Source: a virus. From it: a stretch of DNA of 64,000 nucleotides. Location of the stretch: the IMG/VR virus record IMGVR_UViG_3300023180_000018. One strand, 5' to 3'. Numbering within the stretch: position 1 is the first letter of the stretch; every line of letters starts with the position of its first letter. The position numbers and the translations under genes were made by a program. Shown here one piece after another: positions 39,431 to 47,400 of this stretch. Under the pieces are notes generated by a model, which did not search any database, had not been told where the DNA came from, and worked only from the letters and a program-made list of their open reading frames with translations.

Positions 39431-42232
39431 TTATAGTGTCCAAGTATTACCATCCCAAGTCTGAGGAATTAATGTATCTAACGTTGTATCGTATACTGTT
39501 AACGTAGTTCTATTAGTATCTATATCAGTATTATAACCAGTATCAAATACCGTTAACGTAGCTCTAGTAGTAATTCTGTCTGTATCATATCCAGTATCAA
39601 ACGCTGTTAACGTAGTTCTAGTAGTATCTATATCAGTATTATAACCAGTATCAAATGCGGTCAGCGTAGTTCTAGTAGTATCTATATCAGTATTATAACC
39701 AGTATCAAACGCTGTTAATGTAACTCTATCAGTGTCTCTATCAGTTGATACTGCGGTATTGAATGCCGATTCATACGCTGTTACAGTAGTTCTATCCGTA
39801 TTTTTGCCAGTATCAAATGCAGTTAACGTAGTTCTAGTAGTATCAATTGTCGTATTTTGACCAGTATCAAATGCCGTTAACGTAGTTCTATCCGTATTTT
39901 TGCCAGTATCAAATACCGTTAACGTAGTTCTAGTAGTAGCAATATTAGTACCAAATACTGAATCATACGCTGTTACAGTAGTTCTATTGGTTGCTATTGC
40001 AGTATTAAATGCTGATTCATACGCTGTTACAGTTTGTCTATCAGTATTATAACCAGTATCAAATACCGTTAACGTAGTTCTACTAGTTCCTATTGCCGTA
40101 TTGAATCCTGATTCATACGCTGTTACAGTAGTTCTATCCGTATTTTGTCCAGTCTCAAACACTGTTAATGTTTCTATGTTTGTTTCTACTGCAGTATTAA
40201 ACGCTGATTCATACGCTGTTACAGTAGTTCTATCCGTATTTTTTCCAGTCTCAAACACTGTTAATGTAATTACATTGGTTTCTACTGCGGTATTAAACGC
40301 TGAATCGTATGCTGTAATCGTATCTCTATTCGTATTTCTTAGAGTCTCAAATGCAGTTAACGTAGTTCTAGTAGTATCTTTGGTCGTATTGGCGCCAGTA
40401 TCAAATACCGTTAGTGTAGTTTTAGTAGTACTAATATTAGTACCAAATCCTGATTCATATGCTGTAACTGTATTTCTATTAGTTCCTACTGCGGTATTAA
40501 ATGATGATTCATATGCTGTAACTGTATTTCTATTAGTTGATACTGCGGTATTAAATGCTGATTCATACGCGGTAACTGTAGCTTTATTAGTTTCTACTGC
40601 GGTATTGAATGACGAATCATACGCCGTAACAGTTGATCTATTAGTTGAGACAGAGGATGTGGCCCTATTGATCTGAAATGACCCGCCACCAAATTTATCA
40701 GATTGAATTAACGGTCCTTTGTAATAAGTAAATCCATCAGGATGCGCATAGCCGCTCAGGATCAGTGGGCCACTGTATTTTTGTACCGATGCCCAGATAA
40801 CAGAGGTGGTCGCAGTACCTGATTGGGCCCAAACATACGAGCCGGCGACTATCGTATTTGGTCCTTGCGCGCCTGTAGTATTAAATACCGTCAATGTAGC
40901 TCTAGTAGTAGCAATATTAGTATTTTGTCCAGTCTCAAACACTGTTAATGTAGATCTAGTAGTACTAATATTAGTATTCAAACCCGTCTCAAACGCTGTA
41001 AGTGTAGTTTTAGTAGTATCTTTGGTCGTATTGGCGCCAGTATCAAATACCGTTAGTGTAGTTCTAGTAGTATTGATATTAGTATTAAACGCTGATTCAT
41101 ACGCGGTAACTGTAGCTCTATTAGTTCCTACTGCGGTATTAAATGCCGATTCATATGCTGTAATCGTATCTTTATTCGTATCTCTTAGAGTCTCAAACGC
41201 TGTAAGTGTAGTTCTAGTAGTAGCAATATTAGTATCTTGACCAGTCTCAAACACCGTTAATGTTTCTATGTTTGTTTCTACTGCAGTATTAAACGCTGTA
41301 ATAGTATTTTTAGTAGTATCTTTGGTCGTATTTTGTCCAGTCTCAAACACTGTTAATGTAATTATATTGGTTTCTACTGCGGTATTGAATGCTGTAATAG
41401 TATTTTTAGTAGTATCAATATTAGTATCTTTACCAGTATCAAATGCTGTAATCGTATCTTTATTGGTTGCTACTGCAGTGTTGAATGCTGTAATAGTAGA
41501 TTTAGTAGTATCAATTGTCGTATCTTGACCAGTATTAAACACCGTTAGTGTAGTTTTAGTAGTAGCAATATTAGTATTAAACGCTGAATCGTATGCTGTA
41601 ATCGTATTTTTGTTGGTTTCTACTGCAGTGTTGAATGCTGTAATCGTATTTCTGTTGGTTTCTATTGCAGTATTGAATGCCGATTCATATGCTGTAATCG
41701 TATCACGATTAGTTTCTACTGCAGTATTAAACGCTGTAACCGTATCTCTAGTAGTATCAATTGTCGTATCTTGACCAGTATCAAACACCGTATTAAAAGC
41801 AGTAATCGTATCACGATTAGTTTCTACTGCAGTATTGAATGCTGAAACAAAAGCAGTAACCGTATTACGATTAGTTTCTACTGCAGTATTGAATGCTGAA
41901 ACAAAAGCAGTAACCGTATTACGATTAGTTTCTACTGCAGTATCAAACGCGGTAATAAATGCAGTTACTGTAGCTTTATTGGTTGCTACTGCGGTATTAA
42001 ATGCTGATACGAAAGCAGTAAGAGTAGTACGATTCGTATTGAATGTAGTAAGGAATAATGTATCAATTGTAGCATTATAAAAATCACCTAAAGAAATAGC
42101 GCCAGTAGGTTTAGCTGGATCTGGAAATTGTCGTACATAATTAATGTTTAGACTGATACTACTATTGCTAGTATTACCCATCTCGACATTAATGTCAGAC
42201 ATTGATATTGGGCCTGAACCTTGTAGCGCCAT
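39431..42232 (-). CDS. Thr-rich mirror-repeat fibre protein with central tip domain
   Basis: N-terminal MALQGSGPISMSDI..E.G...ISLGDFY module, two arms of 22 repeat units (14/18/22 aa), central non-repeat domain. Confidence 0.85.
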   Translation of the reverse strand: MALQGSGPISMSDINVEMGNTSNSSISLNINYVRQFPDPAKPTGAISLGDFYNATIDTLFLTTFNTNRTTLTAFVSAFNTAVATNKATVTAFITAFDTAVETNRNTVTAFVSAFNTAVETNRNTVTAFVSAFNTAVETNRDTITAFNTVFDTGQDTTIDTTRDTVTAFNTAVETNRDTITAYESAFNTAIETNRNTITAFNTAVETNKNTITAYDSAFNTNIATTKTTLTVFNTGQDTTIDTTKSTITAFNTAVATNKDTITAFDTGKDTNIDTTKNTITAFNTAVETNIITLTVFETGQNTTKDTTKNTITAFNTAVETNIETLTVFETGQDTNIATTRTTLTAFETLRDTNKDTITAYESAFNTAVGTNRATVTAYESAFNTNINTTRTTLTVFDTGANTTKDTTKTTLTAFETGLNTNISTTRSTLTVFETGQNTNIATTRATLTVFNTTGAQGPNTIVAGSYVWAQSGTATTSVIWASVQKYSGPLILSGYAHPDGFTYYKGPLIQSDKFGGGSFQINRATSSVSTNRSTVTAYDSSFNTAVETNKATVTAYESAFNTAVSTNRNTVTAYESSFNTAVGTNRNTVTAYESGFGTNISTTKTTLTVFDTGANTTKDTTRTTLTAFETLRNTNRDTITAYDSAFNTAVETNVITLTVFETGKNTDRTTVTAYESAFNTAVETNIETLTVFETGQNTDRTTVTAYESGFNTAIGTSRTTLTVFDTGYNTDRQTVTAYESAFNTAIATNRTTVTAYDSVFGTNIATTRTTLTVFDTGKNTDRTTLTAFDTGQNTTIDTTRTTLTAFDTGKNTDRTTVTAYESAFNTAVSTDRDTDRVTLTAFDTGYNTDIDTTRTTLTAFDTGYNTDIDTTRTTLTAFDTGYDTDRITTRATLTVFDTGYNTDIDTNRTTLTVYDTTLDTLIPQTWDGNTWTL
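39506..42025 (-). repeat. coding tandem repeats of 42/54/66 nt in two arms (42025-40898 and 40633-39506)
   Basis: units delimited by T[LVI]T, counted from the translation. Confidence 0.9.
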
Positions 42233-42251
42233 TTAAATTTCTCTTATATAT

Positions 42252-42791
42252 TTAACTATTTATAGTTTTAAGTTCATCTATTTGTTTTTGTTGTTCTTTG
42301 ACAACTTCAATGAGCAAAGCTACTATTCTGTCATATTTTACGGCTAATAATCCATTTTCTCTTTCTGCTACAAGTTCAGGTAAAACATTTTGTAATTCTT
42401 GTGCAATAACTCCTACATCTGCTTTTCTAATATTATAATCATCAACTCCGCCTACACTTTCTAAATGGGCATCAGTCCAATCAAAGTTATATCCATTTAA
42501 AGCTTTTACTTTTTCAATAGGATTTTCAATATTTCTTACATTTTCTTTTAACCTAGAATCAGATGAATAAAACGCAGTTATATCGCCTGTTGCAGTAATA
42601 TTGCCAGTAACTGAAATTCCTGCAGAAAAAGTCATCGCACCTGCGGCGGTATCTGCAACATCACTTCTCAAAAAGTTTGCGCCTTCAATTCCATCCACCG
42701 TATCTGCATTTAATCCAGACCCAGGCCCATCATTACCGGCGTGCCAAACAAGTGAACCACCTATAGTTGTTCCTGTTCTAAGTTTCGACAT
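42252..42791 (-). CDS. short tail-fibre protein with peptidase S74 intramolecular chaperone domain
   Basis: GSGLNADTVDG, ATGDITAFYSSDSRLKENV, GVIAQE, VKYDRIVALLIE. Confidence 0.85.
   Translation of the reverse strand: MSKLRTGTTIGGSLVWHAGNDGPGSGLNADTVDGIEGANFLRSDVADTAAGAMTFSAGISVTGNITATGDITAFYSSDSRLKENVRNIENPIEKVKALNGYNFDWTDAHLESVGGVDDYNIRKADVGVIAQELQNVLPELVAERENGLLAVKYDRIVALLIEVVKEQQKQIDELKTINS
42257..42264 (-). promoter_or_regulatory. late promoter TATAAATA (Thr-rich fibre cassette)
   Basis: exact consensus 25 nt upstream of the fibre start codon. Confidence 0.7.
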
Positions 42792-42942
42792 TATTATTCT
42801 CTATTAAATTAAGTAATTCTTGCATTCTTTCAATATATTGATTTTCAATAGATCGTCTTTCTTCTTCAGTATTTCCTAGATCTATTTGAGTATTTATAAA
42901 ACCAATTTCGTTTAATGCTGCATCGATTTCTTCTTGTGTCAT
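42778..42942 (-). CDS. small helical hypothetical protein (54 aa, not in the ORF track)
   Basis: MTQEEIDAALNEIGFINTQIDLGNTEEERRSIENQYIERMQELLNLIENNNVET; ATGA overlap with the upstream gene. Confidence 0.55.
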   Translation of the reverse strand: MTQEEIDAALNEIGFINTQIDLGNTEEERRSIENQYIERMQELLNLIENNNVET

Positions 42943-44447
42943 ACCCTTACCCTCAAATACGCTTTACGTTTATACGTACTATCACTAGCGCCAGAACCAT
43001 CTTCTTTAATTAATCTCGGTGTTCCTGCCGTGTTTATACCTATTGCTGCATATGTATTTCTTACATCAGCAGCATTAGTATTCCATAGATAAATTGTCCC
43101 ATAACCTTTTTTCCACATAAAAGATCCGGCATTTACTAATAAATTTCGTAAATTTGGATTATTATCGTGCAATAATTCAGTACCTATTGCATCGTAGGAT
43201 GTTAGAATCCAATAATTACCATTAGCTACACTATTGATAGCACTTGCTAAATTATCTGCTGCAGTGCCTGAATCATGTATATCATACGTTGTATTTGAAA
43301 CTATTCCAAACGTAGATCCATTTACGACAGTTAATTGTAATCCTCTTCCTGTTGCAACACCGGTCGAAGAACCATTTACAGTAACTGCTCTATTACCTTC
43401 TACAGCAAAAACGTCTGTACCGTCATCGCTTCTTGCCTGGCCAACACCCGCTGTTCCGGTTGCAGTGATTTCAGTGCCTTCAACAATTCTATCTGCTAAC
43501 AGCGTATCAATACTTCTATCATATTTAAACCTACTCGTATATGTAGGCTCAGTAATTTCTGTTAACTCTAAGTTATCAATATGAACATGAGTTCCTCGTG
43601 CATTTTGTGCTTGATACGTAAATCCAATTTTTAAATCATTATATAAATTAAAATATCCTGCGGCTGCACCCCCTGTATATTTTGCGTCATATGCTCCAGT
43701 GGTTGGGTTATTAACCCACTCTGTTTCTGGATCTGTTCCTAGTGTTGGTGCGGGTCGTGCATCCCTTTTTCTATATAAATTTCCATTATAACGAATTCCA
43801 TAATCACCGCCAGACGGATATTGAGTAGTTGAGTTCCAATCATATGCTCCTGCTACCCAGTTTAAATAAGTATTGCTCACCGTAAATTCATATGAAAAAT
43901 GCTGCCATTCCCAAGTATCAAATGCTGATATAGTAGACGACCATGGTGATGTTAAATTAACTCCATTTGAAGACCATCCAACAGTATATGCAATATAATT
44001 CTGCATGCCGTAACCACCACTATATCCGCGATAGTCATAACTGAATCTAAATTTTTTCCCATCAGTTCTTAAAGTAGTTGGATCCGGAAATAAACGCATC
44101 CCTCCCCAAGTATTACTACTCGCAATATCTGGGGCTCTTTTAATGACATACCCATAACGATTGCCTGCTATAGTATTACGTTCACGACTCGATACAGATA
44201 TATTCGCTTGTGTATATGTACCATAATCTCCGCCAATTGTTCCAGTATCTGGAGATTTAGTAGGTGATTTATCATAAATTATATCATACCCTTCATCTAC
44301 ATCATATACTTGAAGATCACCATTCGATTTAAGCTTCATTTGGCCAGCTGGCAAACTTGCAGTAGTATCAATTTCTCCACCACCACTAGTACCATTGACC
44401 AAAGTTAATTCATTATAATTTTTTCTATAAATTAATTTACTAGTCAT
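42939..44447 (-). CDS. putative receptor/carbohydrate-binding virion protein with C-terminal ILEI/PANDER-like domain
   Basis: GRGLQLTVVN...TYD...NLASAINSV..GNYWILTSYDA...YAAIG; aromatic CBM-like middle region. Confidence 0.6.
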   Translation of the reverse strand: MTSKLIYRKNYNELTLVNGTSGGGEIDTTASLPAGQMKLKSNGDLQVYDVDEGYDIIYDKSPTKSPDTGTIGGDYGTYTQANISVSSRERNTIAGNRYGYVIKRAPDIASSNTWGGMRLFPDPTTLRTDGKKFRFSYDYRGYSGGYGMQNYIAYTVGWSSNGVNLTSPWSSTISAFDTWEWQHFSYEFTVSNTYLNWVAGAYDWNSTTQYPSGGDYGIRYNGNLYRKRDARPAPTLGTDPETEWVNNPTTGAYDAKYTGGAAAGYFNLYNDLKIGFTYQAQNARGTHVHIDNLELTEITEPTYTSRFKYDRSIDTLLADRIVEGTEITATGTAGVGQARSDDGTDVFAVEGNRAVTVNGSSTGVATGRGLQLTVVNGSTFGIVSNTTYDIHDSGTAADNLASAINSVANGNYWILTSYDAIGTELLHDNNPNLRNLLVNAGSFMWKKGYGTIYLWNTNAADVRNTYAAIGINTAGTPRLIKEDGSGASDSTYKRKAYLRVRV

Positions 44448-44448
44448 A

Positions 44449-47400
44449 TTATGCGAAATCGAATATCAAATCACCGGCCGCATCCTCATACATCGACCAT
44501 GTTCCTGGGGTATTATTAACTTTAACAGCGCTTCCGTTAGTTATCAGCTCTATATCTCCACCAGAGTACATATCCGCAGTAGCTTCTATATCTCCTACAA
44601 CTTTGACTACAGTTCGTGTTTCTGTTCCAGAAAATATCCATCCATCAGTGCTATTACCGCCTGTAGTTGTAACCGCGCCATCAGAATGTAAATATTGAAT
44701 AGTACCTACTTGTCCATACGATCCCGAAGCATGGTCACTAAAATCAATAGTTGCCCCAGCACCATTTGTAGCAGAACGAACAGTAATACCACTATCGCTT
44801 GTAAATGTTTTCGCACCAGTAAAATTTTGTGTAGTTGTAAGATGTGCGGTATCAGCATCTAAATAATCAGAAGCAATAACACTACCGTTCCATGTACCTG
44901 TAGCAATTGTACCCAAAGTTGTCACATTCGATGATCCTGTCCACCCACCAAGGCCGTCGGGTGTTACAGCCCGAGTGGCATCAGTGCCCGTATTTGTTTC
45001 GGCTATAGTTGCTAACTCGACGATACCAGAAACTGTCGTACTAGCAGCTGGCTCATCACCAGTGTTTGTACCACTAAGATTAGAAATATATGCTGTACTA
45101 ATTGCACTACCTTGCCAAGTACCTGAAGTGATAGTACCAACTTGTGTGATAGCTAAGGCATTAATGTCAGCTTGTGTCTGATCTGCTGTTGCACCATCTT
45201 CTACGTTAATCAATGCTCTTACTTCAGCAGCAGTAAGGTCTACAGGATTTGCTGCTGATCCTGTATTATTACCTTTGATGGTATTATTTGACATATTACT
45301 AAGTTTATCATTTGAAACGGCATCATCAGCAATCATCTCTGCAGCTACTTGAACTTCTCCAATCAAACCTGCTGCTGTTCCACCCAATAATCTATTACCG
45401 GTAACAAGATTTTGCATTTTAGCATATGTTACAGCATCATCAGCAATAACAGTTGCTCCATCACCGGTTGATGTTACGTCGCCGGTGTGGTTGGGGTGTG
45501 TATAAGCATTAGCATTAGTATCGATGGTATCTAACTTGGTACCATCAGTTGCAACATCTCGGCCATCGACGGTACCGGTAAGAGTAATATTTCCTTGGAC
45601 ATCAAATACAGCGCCTGAGCCACTATAGCGAAGTATATTATCACTTGAATCATCAACTATAGCAAGGGTCATATCACCACTTGCACCAGCCTTAAAAACA
45701 AAACCTTCACCGGGATCTGCAATTTCTAATTGATTAACTCCAGTTATATTAAAATTCGTTCCAGAAATGCCGTTATTAATATCAAACCCACTAATACCGC
45801 CACTAGCAACCAGTCCTCCACTAAACGTCTTAGCGCCTGTAAATGTTTGTGCACCAGTTAGATGGGCAGTATCTGAATCAAGATATGCTGAAGCAATAAC
45901 ACTACCGTTCCATGTACCAGATGAAATAGTACCAAGTGTTGTGATGCTAGTACTGCCAGCCCAAGTAGATAGTGCTGTATTTTCTACATTGTTAAGACTT
46001 AAATCAGTTTTAACTTCTGACGCACTTCTTCCTTCTAATCCGGATGCAGTAAATTTAGCATAGTCATTATCAGCAACAGTTGCAGAGTCTATAACTACGC
46101 TATTAGTGTCTGCAATACCAAAGGTAAGTGCATCCTGTTTACCACTCACTGTAGTATTTAAAGCAGCAATGTCTACGCCGTCGACTGTTCCTGTTAAAGT
46201 AAAGTTTCCACTAGCGTCAAAAGCTGCAATTTCAGCACTTCCATGAAAAATTTGTAGTTCTGAAGAATCGTTATCATTAGCATCAAAATATAAATTTAAA
46301 CCTGCAAGTGATTTAATAGAAGTTGCATTTGTACCGTTTCCACTGGCGTCGTCATCAAAATCAATTGTTGATGCTTGAGTAGATCCTGTGATTGTATCTA
46401 ACGTAATTCCGCCGCTGAACGTTTTTGCACCAGTAAAGGTTTGTGTACCCGATAGATGAGCAGTATCAGAATCAAGATAAGCCGACGCAATAACACTGCC
46501 TTGCCAAGTACCAGATGAAATAGTACCAACTTGTGTGATTGCTAATGCATTAATGTCAGCTTGAGTCTGATCTGCTGTTGCACCATCTTCTACACCAGTT
46601 GCAATATTATGATAAGTACTACCATCATTTGTAAATTCCCAGCGATCATTAGTTTCATTATATTGTAATAATACGTTTGCAGATGTTCCACGTTCAAGTT
46701 CAATACCACCATTCTGTGATGGAGTTCCTGTTTCATCAGAATTCAAAATAAGTATCGAATCACCAATATTAACTTCGTTTGAATTAATTGTAGTTGTTGT
46801 ACCAGAAACAGTCAAGTTACCACTAACTATTACATCGCCTGACATAGTAAGTTGAACGTCAGCAGCATCTCCAATTGTAGTATCAGTACTAATTTGTCCT
46901 AATCGTGTTCTTAAATTAGCAACACTGACATCTTCATCAGTATTATCGCTCGCTGGTATTGTTACAGTTGAAACATCAATCGCTGTAATATGTCCATTAG
47001 CATCCGACGTTACACTTGTAACAGCCTCAAATGTTCCACCATACGCTGGAGCATCTGTAGAAGTTGTATCAGATCTGGTGGGTGTTGGGTGAATATAATT
47101 AATAGTTCCGGCTTGATCTACGTCTAAGTTTGTTCTTGCAGTAGCAGCATCTGAAGCGCCAGTACCGCCGTGGGCAACGGCAACGTCTGTACCTTGCCAT
47201 GTACCTGTTGCAATAGTACCAAGAGTTGTTATATTAGTTGATCCTGGCCATGTAGATAGTGCAGTGTTTTCTACGTTGTTAAGACTAAGATCAGTCTTAA
47301 CTTCAGAAGCGTTTCTTCCTTCAAGACCTGTAGCTGTAAATTTAGCATAGTCATTGTCAGCTACTGTCGCTGAGTTTATAACTACACTATTTGTATCTGC

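Noticed and set aside
39223-39507. 94-aa plus-strand ORF
   Set aside because: Shadow of the 56-aa minus-strand coiled-coil gene and the fibre end
39506-42025. CRISPR array or DNA-level inverted repeat
   Set aside because: Repeats are in-frame multiples of 3 with synonymous variation and no unique spacers; the mirror symmetry is at the protein level and both arms are in direct DNA orientation
40101-42080. Plus-strand Val-rich ORFs (40101-40676, 40806-41240, 41268-41528, 41835-42080)
   Set aside because: Antisense shadows of Thr codon repeats (ACN read as V/S on the other strand); no independent coding signal
39431-42232. Ice-binding or antifreeze beta-solenoid suggested by the TxT motifs
   Set aside because: Irregular 14/18/22 spacing with exact mirror symmetry fits a hairpin better than a constant-period solenoid; not excluded experimentally
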